Part shown: positions 1-14,145 of the stretch, piece after piece
Numbering within the stretch: the stretch's first letter is position 1
Layout of the letters: each line of letters starts with the position of its first letter
Origin: Podarcis muralis
Lineage: Eukaryota
Direction: 5' to 3'
Assembly (NCBI RefSeq): GCF_964188315.1
Contig: NC_135658.1
Span: 98,208,001-98,272,000 of the forward strand
Length of the DNA: 64,000 nt
Program-made: the position numbers and the translations under genes
Notes under the pieces: generated by a model
What the model was told of the DNA's origin: nothing
Database searches by the model: none
What the model saw: the letters and a program-made list of their open reading frames with translations, nothing else

Positions 1-365
1 AACAGCACAGGGAACAATAAATCTCTGTGAAAGTGCGAGAATCACAAGACTGCCGTTTTCCTCCAGCCAAATAACTGCCTCCACGCTGAAAACTAGCATG
101 CAAAGGCAACAGGAAGGAGGCCAGGCGAACACCGGAGAGGGTGGATTTCCAAGTATGGGGAATGTTTGGGGAGAACTCAGCTGCATGTAGCCACAGAAAG
201 GACATTCCCCCAAGTTCCCTACTTTTTCAGGGTAGGCTCCTTCTTTGCCCTCACTGGCTACACCCTGCGTTCCTCACCCCAGATACAGGAGACAGAGGGA
301 GGCAAGGGTGGGAGGAGGCGGCGAAAGAGGGAATGGATATGTGCAAATGCAATTACATGTACGTA

Positions 366-607
366 CAGTGGTACCTCAGGCTACATACACTTCAAGTTAC
401 AGATGCTTCAGGTTACAGACTCCGCTAACCCAGAAATAGTGCTTCAGGTTACGAACTTTGCTTCAGGGTGAGAACAGAAATCGTGCTCCGGTGGCGCGGC
501 AGCAGCAGGAGGCCCCATTAGCTAAAGTGGTGCTTCAGGTTAAGAACAGTTTCAGGTTAAGAACAGACCTCCAGAACGAATTAAGTACTTAACCCGAGGT
601 ACCACGG
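366..607. mobile_element. Tc1/mariner-Tigger MITE, family A
   Basis: TA-flanked TIR CAGTGGTACCTC with internal CTTCAGGTTA repeats. Confidence 0.85.
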
Positions 608-1338
608 TACACACGTTAATCCAACTTTGGTCAGTGGGCCTTATTTCCATCTAACAGTGTTCAGGATTGCTGTCTTGGTTGGGGATGAAAAACTACAGGA
701 TAAAAACCTCAATTCTTATAGAAAAGGTAGTTTATTTCTCTAGGGTTAGGAAACAGCAGGACGTGCATGGGACAAAGAAATGCTGTCGCCCTGATTTTCT
801 CTGTCCTGGATGACTCAACTAAATTATTGTTCTTCAATATGGCGGCTGCTCACACTGGTGTCCTAGGACTCTGAAACACTTGATTCGTGGGTGTTCCCAC
901 CTGTGGATAAACTGCTCTCACCATTCAGAGGAACAAGAGACGTTTCTCTCATTCTTACGGTAGAACATCAGAGAAGCAGCCGAACCGAGTTCAAACATTT
1001 GTGTCCTCCACACAAAGAGAACATGTTGCAATGCGCAATGCAATTCTCTATACGACGCGACACACAAATCTGAGGGCTTGATCAAGATCGCCAATTAATA
1101 TTCTGCAAGCAAATTACACCTCAGAGAAGCCACCAGAATTATGCAGCTGCTTTTGGACAAGGTGTTCTCCAGCATTTTCAGTGCTAGAACAGCATTTTCT
1201 CAGTAAGGGAGACACACTCTGAATTGTTAAAAGCAAACCTTGTCAGGTTTGGGAGTTACGTATGCCTCTGATTTTGAGTGGATAAGAAGGACTTTTCTTC
1301 AGAAAGGTCCAGCCTCTGTATCTGATTGTGACATTAAT

Positions 1339-1340
<2 letters not shown>

Positions 1341-1373
<33 letters not shown>
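1341..1373. repeat. (CTA)11 microsatellite
   Basis: Read directly from the sequence. Confidence 0.95.
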
Positions 1374-4300
1374 TTCTGGATAGTCACGTGCAGGCCAGAC
1401 TCCACTCCCACTCCCCCCAAAAAACCACACAAAGGCTGAAAGGACATCATGGGCGCTTTGATTCTTAGAAAGGAAGAACATGATTCGGGGATTACTGCAC
1501 TAAAGCAACATAAATTACAAAGGCAGCTAATGTTGGCGTGCCGTGCCAATAATTAAAACCTCCATTGCAGAATTACTTTTGCACCAAGTGGGGAAAAGAG
1601 CAGGAGTGTGTCTGTGAGCAGAGTCAACGGCAAAATGGCGTCCAACATGCGATGGAGAAGAGGGACTACGACACTGAACTACAAAATCTAGACCTTTGAA
1701 AGCACCGTGGGCCTCTGAGTATTGTTTTTAACTAGCCAGGGCTAGTTCTCACTGAGCTGCTCCACTTTAGAAAACAGGGGCAGGTTTGCAGAATTCAATG
1801 CTTCTTCATACAAGGAAATTCCCTCTAATGAGGAAACAACATGTTATGGAGAAGGGTTTTAGTCTTCTGGAAACCTGGTTTGTCATCTAAGTGGATTATT
1901 TTTCCATTTTTAGGAGGAGTTGGGGGGTGGACATTCCGTCCTAGGGCACCCTAGACCAGACATGGGTTTTTCAGCTCAGTGAAAGGTGGGCCTTAAGTTT
2001 TTCTGAATTCCCACTCATATGGTGACCACAGAAACAAGATCCCAGGGTATTGTGATGACTCATAGCAACTGTTTGTTTATATGTATAAAAGAAGACCTAC
2101 ATACAAGCCTGCTATACATATAAAACAAACAGTAATACTGTTTAAAGGCACATATACAATACATATTGCCAGATAAGAGTCAGGTACAATATGTATTACT
2201 TGACTCATGTAAGTAACAGTGTCTTCCTAAAAGGAGGATGGAAAACACTATGAAAGATCAGGTGACTATTTAGGTAGGTGAAATGAAACATCTAAGAGCT
2301 TTTGAGAAAGAGCAGAAGAACATCACTCACATATCTGCACATACTTCTCGGCCATTAAGCCAAGAGAAAAATTTGACCCAAGTTCCACACACAAAAACTG
2401 CTTCAAGTTATTTTAAAACTTATTCCATTTCTTTGCTGTGCTGAGCTATAAGGGGCAGAGGAATCCGAGGTTAACAAGATTTGTTTGCTTAAAAAGCAAA
2501 GAGACACTGAACCCTTTATTCACTATTTTTATGGGTTACGCAGTAATGCAAGCCTAATGACTGCACAAAATACAGAAGCTGCAAAGTTTCAGAAAAATAG
2601 TTGATTCTTCTCCAGAAAATTTAGAATGAACATCGAGAGGCTGTGAAACCCAAGAATGCCATCCGTCATCAAATACAACCGTGCTGGAACATGGTCTCTG
2701 TATTAAAACAGCTATTTCACTGTAAAAAGGATTTTAAAAAGAAAGAAAAAAGTCTCCAAAGTACCAGCAGAACTCCTCCACTTCAGAGCAGCTTCCACAG
2801 AATTTGTTAAAATGTCAACACTGCTCAACTAAAACAGCATGGAGGAAACTGGTACCAAGTTCTGGCGAAGCAGCAACACTCCAGCCCTTTCTTCCCAAGC
2901 CAGAAATATTATACACATCACTTCTGGGAAAACAGAACTGCTTTCCTTTTAAGTTATGTTTCCCCCCCCCCTTTCTTGGGTTTCCCCCCCCTTTCTTGCT
3001 CTCTTCATAACTTTAATTGGATTTTTGCATCATCTCACAGATTTCAAATATTTTGTTAGGCGCGAGTTGATCACCCAGTGTATTTTAAGCCCTTGAAATT
3101 GCTCGTGTGCAAGTAGATTTATTTACTTTTATTTTTTAAAGAATACAAAAAACACAGTTTGGAAAGCATGTGGAATACATTTATGTTAAACTGTTGGTTG
3201 AACACCAACATTTGGTTTGGAATCACTTTAGAACAAGACCGCACCGTACAAGATAAGAAAAGGAAACTCAGAAAAATAATAACCATCTACATTCTCCTTA
3301 TTGAGGGACTACTGGTGCTACAAATAACACACAACTTTCTTTTGATGTACCCTGAAGATGAATGCTGAAGACCACAGCGTCCCACATCCAGATCTTCCAT
3401 TTCCTTGCAGTATCCAACCCTAAAGACCAAAAATATCTTCTTGGTGCCATAGAACTAGCCGTGCTAAGTTTCAGCTTCTGAACCATGCTGAGATAGACTA
3501 AAAATACGTTACATGCTTTTGCCCTGTAAATGATATCACAATTTCTGCTAGGATGTTGTTTTATCAACAATGGATGTTGTCATGGGTGCTAGAATTCAAA
3601 ATTAGGAGAAGCAAGTTCTGCAACGGGAAATTCCAGCTTTGGGGTGAAATGTCAGGTGTTTCTGCGTTCTTCTGGCCCCAAGATTGCATTTCTAGGAAAT
3701 TTCTGTTGTGTGGTTTTGGTCTTTGCATTTTTTGGCACAAACGAAAGATGGGAAATTGGAACACAGATAGTGGAAGTGGGGAAAATATCAGGTACTTCTG
3801 GGGTAAAGGAATGCAGAGGCCAGGAAAAGGTTCCAACTCAGCTTCTCTTCTCCCAACTATGAGGGCTGACTTTTGAAATAAGGTGTGCTTCTAATCTAGA
3901 TTTAGAGAGTGGCTTTGTGGGGAGCAGGCGGAAGAGGCAGAATTCTGGGAAAGAAAAGAGGGGTGATTGAGGTGCCCAGCTTAAAGAGCACAGAAAACAC
4001 ATTTGGGAAGAAGTAGGGCTGGCAATTTTCCCTTCCCTTTTCAGGTAGATTACTGATCTTTATTTACTCTAATCTAAAATTGTTCTAGCTAGGTGTCAGG
4101 AAACCCCCCGTTATTCCAAAAGCTAAAGAATGGATGAATAAAGCTTTGGCAATTTCAGAAATGGATTCACAAAGTAATGTTGTACATAGGAGGGGGGACA
4201 GGAGAGGGCTCCTATACTATTAATAGTTGCATAGAAGAGGCAATTTCGGCAGGTACCGCTTACACCTTCTGAAGTTCCCTATTTTATACAATAAATTAAA

Positions 4301-6447
4301 AATACAGGAGTCCTCCCTGTCTTTTTTCTTCTGGTCACCCTCAGGGAAATAATCCAAGCAAATCCAGCTGTAAAGCTTGTAAACTGCTGCTGAAAGAGAG
4401 GGGGGGGGGAAATAACCTTGTTCAAAAAAGTTTTTAAGACAGGTGGACCAGATTTAAAGTCCCATCTTAATGCAGTACTAGAAACTCCCATGGCAACCGA
4501 ATCTTTGAGACAGGTTGAACTGGAAGCCCAAAAGTTCTGGGTTCAAATCTAGCCAGAAAGTTATGAGTTCCAATTTCATCTCTGTCATGAGGGAATAGAT
4601 TAGCCTTTGCCAAACCTCTGCGCCTTTCATCTTCTATAGCATAGGGATAGTTCTGACTTTGTGTGGGTGACAGATGCATTTGAAGTGCTTTAGAGAAGCG
4701 CTATTTGAATGTTAAGTATTGTTCCCTCTATTTTACACCACACCTGTTACATATCAAGGTAGATTGTGGAGCGTAATCTTTCGAAACACCTGTCTGCACT
4801 CGATGGTCTGTCTACCTCTGCTGAACTGGACTCGCATTTTTCATTTTGGGTGGGACAGAAGAGCAACAACTCTGCTTCAGTCTCCAATCAACTGCTGCAC
4901 CGGGACTCAGCGCTCTTATTCCTAGGGCACGGCGAGTACAGTGTTTTCTTTTTAAATTTTAAAAAAAGGATCGTGCTTTAAAATAGATTCCACAGGGTGG
5001 AGTTTTGTTTTCTAGCGGATTGAGAAAGGGAGATTCAAGAATCCTAAAACAAAACATTTCGCATGCACACACACACAAAGCAGAGTTATACAAACAGGAC
5101 CAATAAAATAAGTTGCATGGGCAACAGGTAAAAAAAGGGAAGTTTCTTCTGTTAATAGAGACCAGCTTGTCTCCCCACACACACCTCACTGCAGTTGTGA
5201 ATAAAGTGTGTGTTCTGCTGAGAGGAAGAGGCTTAGAATAACTGAGTCACTTGCGTGACTTCTCTCTATTCTCTTCCTTCATTGCTGTGTTTTTCTAGCT
5301 GTCTGTCACTCCTTCTACCTCTCTCTATTCCTCTATTTTGTGTCTTCATACGCATACCACAAAGATGCTGTCCTGTACCCACATACCTGGGCGTGTGGGA
5401 TACATCTGAGCAGACATTTAGAGGACTCCACCACTGACTCATTTGTTTCAGCCACCTCCTGCCCTTATTTTGCCTTCTCGTAGTCAAGTTGTTAGCTTTT
5501 CGTTTTCCTTCTAAACTAGACCGTGAGCCCATTTGAACGTGGCCTAGTTTGTCCAAGCACTTCTGAAATAACCAACGTTCATTGTGTCTAGCGCAGAGTG
5601 TGGGCACGAAATGAGGTTAATCCAAAATAGCATTCTCTATTCATATATCCAACAGGAGGGAAGAGAAGAAAAGCCCCAGTCATGCTTGAGAATGATAGGG
5701 ATTATTCTAAGGGATTTTCCAACTCGTGCGCCAAGGAATGCCCCCACCACACAGAGTTTTCTAAGGAATACTAGGATGGGAAACCACTGGCCTGCTAGGT
5801 GTTCTTGCATCATCCCTGGCCACTGACCATGATGGCTGTGACCAGCAGAAGTTGCCTCCCAACTTCTTGAAAGCTACAGGTTCCCTATTGCCTCTCGGCT
5901 TAAAGGCCTCCGACCCAGGACAGCAGAAACCCTCCCTTCTTTCCTTCCATCCATCTAGAATTCAGCTGGGAGAGATGTCAAGAAGACATCCTTTCTCCTT
6001 TCACAAAGAAGAGCCCCTGACCAGTGATGGGGGCACCATCCAGTTACATAAATGTATGGGGAAACTGTGGCCCTCTGGAAGATGTTGACCTACAAGCACC
6101 ATCTGTCCTAGCCAGCACGCCCAACAGCTAGAGGACGGCAAGTCCACCCCACCCATGTTAGAAAATGTCTAAGAAGTCGTCAAGATCCAAGTCTTACTGG
6201 GGAAAAAATTGCTATGGCTCCTACCTGTGTCTCTGTGTGTGTGCAATGTATTATCAACTACTGCAGGGATTGGGGGGGGGACCTGTAACTTCCCCCAGAT
6301 GTTGTTAGACTCCCATCATGCTAGCCAAAGCTGATGGGAGCTGGAGTCCATTAACATCTGGAGGGCCACGGGCTCCCCATCCCACCCCTGAACTACCATA
6401 AAGGTAGCAAATGCCTTCCTGTTTATCTACAAGATGCTACTCTAAAT

Positions 6448-6576
6448 CCCCAAACTTGGTCCTCCAGATGTTTTGGGACTACAAATCCCATGATCCCTAG
6501 CTAACAGGACCAGTGGTCAGGGATGATGGGAATTGTAGTCCCAAAACATCTGGAGGGCCGAGTTTGGGGGTGCCTG
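6448..6576. mobile_element. Palindromic hAT MITE (an older degraded copy lies at ~6265-6390)
   Basis: CCCCAAACT..CCTCCAGATGTTTTGGGACTACAA pairs with TTGTAGTCCCAAAACATCTGGAGG..AGTTTGGGG. Confidence 0.75.
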
Positions 6577-7353
6577 CTCTAAGGTAACAAAATGGATGCA
6601 GGAAGACGCATTTTCTCACAAGTTTACAGATCTTGTTTCCATCCCACTCTCCCTATTAATGTGCTGCGGTAGTAATCCTCATGAGGAAGACATTCCCAAT
6701 GAAATTTCTCCTGGCTGAAGTGCACTCCTGAAACCATGGAAAGCCATAAACCGAAAAGTGTCACAAGAGGAACTCTGCCACTTAAAGAAAGGCAGTGTGG
6801 TATAGCGGGAAGAGCGTTCATTCAAATTCCCTCTCAGCCACAAAATGCACTAAGCGGCCTTGGGCATGCCATTATCTCTTGGCACAATCCGCCTCATAGG
6901 GTTATTGCAACTGTAAAGTGGGATAGCCCCACAAAAGCCAAACTGAATTCTTAACAGGAAGGTCAAGAGACAAGTGTGATAAATCTTTTACAGTAACCTG
7001 ACGAACACTTAGGTTGTCAGTACAATGCATACAAGGCAAGGGAAAGGAGTCTTGCACACACACTTCTTATCAAGGTTGTCCACACCCATAGAGGCAAACA
7101 GAAACATTTACTGCAGTTATTGGACAACTAAGACAACAGAAGCCTATGGGAAATAAGTTAGCCCTGAATGGGATCAGAAGCACCTGTTTCACCCAATTTA
7201 CAGTTCACTCACAACACACACAAACCTTTTAAAATTCTTAACAGTAACCCAAATCATTTAATGGGGGGAGGGGCACTTGATAATTAACATTGTTTTGGGT
7301 CAAAAAGCAAGCCATAACTTTCTTGCTGCTGGTGCATATAAAGCTTGCAACTA

Positions 7354-7700
7354 CAGTGGTACCTCGCAAGACGAATGCCTCGCAAGACGGAAAACTCGCA
7401 AGACGAAAGGGTTTTTGGTTTTTTGAGCTGCTTCGCAAGACGATTTTCCCTATGGGCTTGCTTCGCAAGACGGAAACGTCTTGCAAGTTTGTTTCCTTTT
7501 TCTTAACACCGTTAATACAGTTGTGACTTGACTTCGAGGAGCAACTCATAGTGTGGTAGCCTTTTTTGAGGTTTTTGAAGACTTTGGTGATTTTTGAAGC
7601 TTTTCCAAAACTTTTCCGACACCGTGCTTCGCAAGACGAAAACATCGCAAGACGAAAAAACTCGCGGAACGAATTAATTTCGTCTTGCGAGGCACCACTG
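7354..7700. mobile_element. Tc1/mariner-Tigger MITE, family B
   Basis: TA TSD, TIR CAGTGGT(A/G)CCTCGCAAGACGAA and multiple internal CGCAAGACG motifs. Confidence 0.88.
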
Positions 7701-9329
7701 TACCAACTTTTGAGAATCAGGGCGGTTCACAGAGCATCTCACCTTCTAGAAAACTCTGAAAATGTATAGAAAAACCAATCCCCAGTTGCAAACAGGATAT
7801 AGAGGGCATTGTCTTCAATCAATGTTTTCCTCAATGTTGCTATGATATTGGGAGATTCCCCCCCCCCCTTCCCATACAGAAGCATGAAAATATGAACGCA
7901 TGTTTTTGAGAGGGGGAGCTATTTTGGTTCTAAGAAATGCCTCAGGTACACATTCTGGGACTCACAAGTAGTGCACATGGGAACGTTATTTTGGATTGTA
8001 TCAACGTCACCTTCATCAGAGTGATCCCAGGTTGCTGCACCATATAACCAAAGCAAGGTATAGTTTTAGCAACCAAAGCTTTTTTTTTTAACTAAAAAAA
8101 ACCCCCATCTGTTCTAACCAACGATGACCCTTAGTTTTTATAGGCCCCAATAAGCAGGCAGACAAAATTTAAACTGTCTCAAAATGAGCACACCACAGAG
8201 CATTTTCACACACAAAATAAAGCCTTGGCACTTAAATTAAACGACACTGTCTCTATCCAATGATATGAGCATCCAGAACCCAGTTAGGCCTTTTAGCAAA
8301 CACCACTTTGGTCTTACGGTGCAGGTGGGCACAGTACAACTGGAACTCTGACCTCCTTTCATTCTCAATCCTACAGTGGCCAAATGACCAGAAAATGTCA
8401 GCAAGGCTTGCTCCTGTGCCATTCAATGCAGCTCAATTTGCAGAAAGCAGGATGCGTGCGATGCTCTGTTACCGTCTGCAGATGAAACTGCTGCTAAAAT
8501 GCACTGGCCAACCCAAACGTTGGCACAACTGCTTGACAAACCATCCCCATGAATAAAATAACTGCTTCTCCATCATTCAATCAGATATCTGGGTTTTGCA
8601 TGTCCATCCTTTTGGAGTCGATTATTATCTCCATTTTACAGAAGAGGAACTGAATGAGGACCAAGCGGGTGAGATGTTTTACCAGTTCCCTATTCCCACC
8701 CACAGGTTATTTCTGTTATCTCAAAAACACATACAGGCATGTTGTCCTCAGCAGCCAACGAGAAGTCTGTCCCACTCTGAAGTCCCTTTTGTATCGAAAG
8801 TTGCCTGGAGAAAGCCTGGGATTATTGGAGAATCCCAACTGGCAGAAATTCTTCCCAGCCTAACAGTATAGTAGAGGCAAGTCTCTTTCCACCAGGCATA
8901 CAAACACACAAAAGAGACTTGTCAAATTTTAAAAAGAGGATCTGTAATAAATCCACACCATCTGGCATGTGTATTTATATGTTCTGTATACAGGGAGAAG
9001 GTTCCTTCGTCTTTGGTTTGGGTTCCACAGCTGCTCAGCTGTGCTCTGCCATTTTCACACTTCACGCTTCAAAGATGGCACTTTTAGGCTGAACACCATC
9101 CCCTTTTCAATGGCAGTGTTTATATAGTTAAGATTCAGAGACCACCAATCACTCGGTTCGAAGCAATAAAAAGTTAAGTCAAAAAATCCCCCTCCGATCT
9201 AGGCAAATCAAGAGCCGTTTGAGCACAAGACGTGCTTTCAATCAGAGATCATGTTAAATGTATTTAGCCGTCTAGGACAGAGTACTTTTAAAACTGGAAG
9301 AATCTACTAACATATGTAGATGAGACTTG

Positions 9330-9588
9330 CCGTATTTTTTGCTGTATAAGACTCACTTTTTCCCTCCTAAAAAGTAAGAGGAAATGTGTGTGCGTCTTAT
9401 GGAGCGAATGCAGGCTGTGCAGCTATCCCAGAAGCCAGAACAGCAAGAGGGATTGCTGCTTTCGCTGCGCAGCGATCCCTCTTGCTGTTCTGGCTTCTGG
9501 GATTCAGAATATTTTTTCCCTTGTTTTCCTCCTCCAAAAACTAGGTGTGTCTTATGGTCTGGTGCGTCTTATAGAACGAAAAATACGG
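9330..9588. mobile_element. Tc1/mariner (pogo-like) MITE with long internal hairpin
   Basis: TIR CCGTATTTTT..TATAAGAC with TG/TA flanks. Internal inverted repeat CCCAGAAGCCAGAACAGCAAGAGGG. Confidence 0.82.
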
Positions 9589-11172
9589 TAACTTTGGGGC
9601 AGGGCGTTAGATAACTGCCACCTACCAAATAATGCTATTCCATCAACTTTAACTAATAAAAAGACGGCTTTCTCACAAGAGACCTGTGTTTATTTTCTTT
9701 GCAATCTAGCCTGATGAAGAATTCTGCAGAATTTGGAAGCTTGCAAACGGCTGACATTTTGGCCGATCCTAATAAAAGTATTTCAGGCTCTTTGCTACTT
9801 ATAATTTGATGACCCTAAACATTTCAAATCTTTCCTCACCCAGAGATGCACATCAGCAAGCAAGCAGCCGACAACATTTGCTTTACAACAAATGAGGAGG
9901 CTGGGTGGGCCTTTGGCTTTACAGGCTTTATTGGACTACAACTCCCATCATCCACAACCACTGGGAGAAGTTGGAGTCCAACAACATCTGCTTCAGAATG
10001 CAGAGCTGGTAACAACAGGATCCCAAGAGAAAGCTTCAGAATTTGTCGCAATTAAGGAGCGTCTGAGCAAATAATGGCGATTCCTCTGACTCAGTCCCCA
10101 TTTGTTTTCGTGAGGCGCTTTCAGAATTAACCGTGTTTACAGCTAGCAACAGCCTTCCTTATCAGGCATCAAATATCCTGGAACTGAAGCTTAATCCCTC
10201 TGAGAGAACAAGTGACATGCTTTCAGCAGACATTAGGCATTTAATTAAAAACAAAATTTTGTTGGTGGTCAGAACTAAAAAAAGCCTCGTTGGTGCTGGC
10301 ACTGTTAAATCCATGATGGCAAATAAAAATGAGACACATGAGCAGTTCGCTAAGCCTCCTACCCCCCCCCCCAAACCACACTGGTTTCTAAGGCAATAAC
10401 TGGACATAAAATGAAGAGCTGAAGCAGACGTAGGGTTCGTCAGCATCTGAATTCTTGAGAGCCACTTTATCTTCTAGGGGTCCAGAGGCTGACCTCTGCT
10501 GTACCAACCCATGCCAGCAGCTGGGATTTTTTATTTACCATGCTTTGATTAAAAAATTGATCAACCACTAGGAATCATACAAAAGTTTTGGGGAGGGCAA
10601 ATTTGGCTCAGTTGTTCCTGATCTTGGACAGCAAAAACCTGCAACCAACAGGAAACACTTAAAAAAAGACAAAGTACGCTGTCTATCTCATGTCTGCTCT
10701 GCTATTTTTCTCCCAAGGAAGGAATGGGTTTATTGAGCTCGTAAACATGGATGCCAAAGCATTTGCCATTGTTGCCCAATTACTTTGCGTTCATGCCTGT
10801 TGCACCCTGTGCTCCCCTGATGTTATTTCAACTTATACTCCATTTTCACCCTGTTTTTATGAGGCAACAGACAGAAGGCTAGAGAAGTCCTTACCCGCAC
10901 CCAAAGTACACAAACCAATTGCCAATTGAGAGGGGAGGGGTCCCGCTTCCAGGTAAGAACCAGTGAGTTAGAGATCTTTAACAGCAAGACTGCACTGCAA
11001 ACACTTATCCACAGTGAAAGGATATAACATCGTATTAGACATCTTGTGTTCGACCTGTTAGTACTGCATACTATTCATTAGTTATCAGAGGTAGCCTTAC
11101 TCAGTTCAGGAATGCATATTCGTTCCTCAAGGAAGGAGCTGTTCGATCAAGAAGTCCACATGTATGTTATTA

Positions 11173-11526
11173 GGTAAAGGTAAAGGGACCCCTGACCATT
11201 AGGTCCAGTCATGGCCGACTCTGGGGTTGCGGTACTCATCTCGCTTTATTGGCTGAGGGAGCCAGCGTACAGCTTCCGGGTCATGTGGCCAGCATGACTA
11301 AGCCGCTTCTGGCGAACCAGAGCAGTGCACAGAAATGCCATTTACCTTCCCGCCGGAGTGGTACCTATTTATCTACTTGCACTTTGACGTGCTTTCGAAC
11401 TGCTAGGTTGGCAGGAGCAGGGACCGAGCAACGGGAGCTCACCCCGTCGTGGGGATTCGAACCGCCGACCTTCTGACCGGCAAGTCCTAGGCTCTGTGGT
11501 TTAACCCACAGCGCCACCCGCGTCCC
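11173..11526 (-). mobile_element. Sauria SINE, subtype 1
   Basis: tRNA-like head GGGACGCGGGTGGCGCTGTGGG, B box GGTTCGAATCC and (ACCTTT)n tail. 13-bp TSD ATGTATGTTATTA. Confidence 0.92.
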
Positions 11527-11634
11527 ATGTATGTTATTACTAGGACCTAAAATGAAGGCATGGCTCTCTCCTGTACAGAAATTGCATTTCTGCCAACAAA
11601 TGAAAAGCATGCCTACAGCCAGAGGCAATTCATA

Positions 11635-11989
11635 CAGTGGTGCCTCGCAAGACGAAAAGAATCCATTCCGCGATTCTCTTCGTCTAGCGGTTTTTTCGTC
11701 TTGCGAAGGAAGCCCATTGACAGCTTAGCGGATTAGCGCTACAGCGGTCTAGCAGCTTTCAGCGATCAGCTGTTAAGCGGCTTATCAGCGGAACAGCTGA
11801 TAAGCGGCTTAGCGCCTTAGGAAAAGGGGGGGGGAGCGGAAAAAACCCCGCGGGGACTTGCAAGATTTTTTCGTCTTGCGAAGCAACCCCATAGGGAAAT
11901 TCGTTTTGCGAAGCGCCTCCAAAACGGAAAACCCTTTCGTCTAGCGGGTTTTCCGTCTTGCAAGGCGTTCGTCTTGCGGGGCACCACTG
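11635..11989. mobile_element. Tc1/mariner-Tigger MITE, family B (opposite orientation, different core)
   Basis: TA TSD, same TIR. Subterminal blocks are reverse-complementary to those of 7354-7700. Confidence 0.85.
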
Positions 11990-14145
11990 TACTTATGTTT
12001 TAAGGTTCCTTGTCCCAGCTCATGAAATTAGGCTCTTCAGCACATTCACACTAAAGATGGTTTTTACAAAAGATTGACAGATTCAACACCTTTTGCCCCT
12101 GTTCTCAACTCACTTCCTGGTAAAAGCAGGAATCTTGAATTTGTTTATTTTCCTTGCATCCCATCCCTCTAAAGGAGAGAGCCCAGAATCGCCAACAACC
12201 TCCCCTGATGTGTCAAGCAAGCAGCACTAAAAATCGTAAAATACAGTTAAAATAGCCAGCAATGAGAGAAGCAGGTGCCGTGACTGTACCATTCGACTGC
12301 CTCATTTCTTGCAGTGTGGAAAACCATAGGGCAGAGGTTTTACCAGGGAGGAAGGAGGCTGTTGCGACTGGAAGGAGGCTGTTGGGACTAGGCACAAAAT
12401 AGGGCAATAGGCAGCAGGCTAGACACCCATCATATCTGAATTCAAAGCCTTCCTCCACGACACACACAGACCTCTGTGATATTTACCCAAGTTCGACAGA
12501 GCTACTTGCAACGGTATAAGCTTCCGAAACACTTATGAAGTGATTCTGACTTGGATTGGGGCGTATCAGCGTTCTAGTTGCCCACCAGCCTTAAGTCTTG
12601 GGCTGGCCAGTCACTTGTTCTCATTTCATCCTTCTTCCTACGAGGGTAAAATGGAGGAAAGGCAGGCCATCTGCCTTGAGCCGGTTGGAGGAGCGGTGTG
12701 ATAAAAATAAACTTAAAAAACAGGTTGGATTCTAGAGGCTGTCTGAATAGTCTCTCCCGTCTACACCGGTGCTCAGACAACAGTTTCCTTTTAAGGTTTT
12801 TAAGAGTGCCTGGCTAGAGAAATCAAAAACCAGAGTTGGGGCAGAGGCAGAGGTTTTAGATGGCCAAGCCTTAAAAACTTTGGTAACGGGGATTGTACGC
12901 ATCTTGTTACAGAAGTGCGACTTCTCTTGGAAGCATTGAGGGGGCTTCCATTTCCCGGCAGCATATACAAGCTATATCTATAGATAGATGAAATAGTTCC
13001 TAGCATTAAGTGCAGAACTATTAATGGCAAGGCAAGCATGTGACCAACGAACATGTCTGCCCAGAAACTCCCAACACAGAAAGACCCAGAGGCTGCTCAA
13101 AAACATCTTCCATACCAGATAGGGGAGCTAAGGAACGCAAATGGCGGCTTGCTCGCCCCGTTAAACAGGAGTTCACAGTGCAATCCTATGCATGTCTACT
13201 CAGAAGTAAGCCCCACTGAGTGCACTACAGCTCACCCTCCGGTAGGGGAGGTTGGGGAGGACAGGGGTGTTGCAGGATGACTTAGGGCTGCGCGATTCCT
13301 GCTACACCAGCAAAAGAAAAAAGAAAACGCCTTGCATCCTTGCTAGAGAGGTTTGCTAAATTTCTTGTTTTGTTATTGCTATTTGAAACCTCCAAGAACA
13401 GGGAAGGGGTATTTGGTGGCAGGCCACAATATGTGGTTGGGGACTCCGCTCAGCTTTGTGGGTGACAAAGTTCAGGCCTGGGAGAGCAAGCAAGAGGGAG
13501 AGAGAGAAAAACAAATCTCCAGGCAACTTGACCGATACACCTTCTTTACAGAAATTAACCAGAGTGCTTGCAAAAACACTGGAGAGCTATTGGGGGGGGG
13601 GGGCGCCTTGACTTATTTAGAAAGCTGCAGTTGCATTTGTGTGAAATCTCTCATGCGCAAATGCTACGGCAGAAAAGTTAACTATTTATTTTTGAAAACC
13701 AAAACACAATTTGAATCCCTTTATTGACTTCTGGCAAGCAAGTTCAGGTCGGTCACCCTGCCAATAGCACCAGTTGAGGGTTTACGGCACAGCAGCCTAT
13801 AATAAGGATTTCTGTCCACGAGCGTGAGGGTTGCGTAACGTCAGTTATGAAACTAAAGTTATTGCCCACAGCCAATGGAGAAAGAAAGCCTTGTCCTGTG
13901 GCTTTGGAGAAAGTACTTTAGCACCAATTTCCCTCTGAAGCTGGGATGAGAACCTATGGCCTCACGTAAGATCGTTTTGTTCCAACTCCAATTGGAAAAG
14001 GCCACAGTTGCCCATTCCTGCTCTAGAAAGCGAGGACCAGATTTAGATTTAAATATCACCAGCAGTATCTCGGCATTAGCATTAGAGAGACTGGGCTCAG
14101 GTGTGTCCAGCAAGCCAGTGGTTGAATGAGGCTCTGGATCCCATA

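Noticed and set aside
2056-5441. Four AP-1 sites (2056, 2201, 5243, 5435)
   Set aside because: A 7-mer expected roughly once per 8 kb. Too weak without conservation data.
7354-7700. Interspersed CGCAAGACG repeats as a CRISPR-like array
   Set aside because: Irregular spacing, bounded by TIRs and a TA TSD in vertebrate DNA. These are MITE subterminal repeats.
8400-8425. AAGGCTTGCTCCTGTG resembling the KLF5 exon 4 TGAKPF region
   Set aside because: Translation does not give KPF and the flanking zinc-finger residues are absent.
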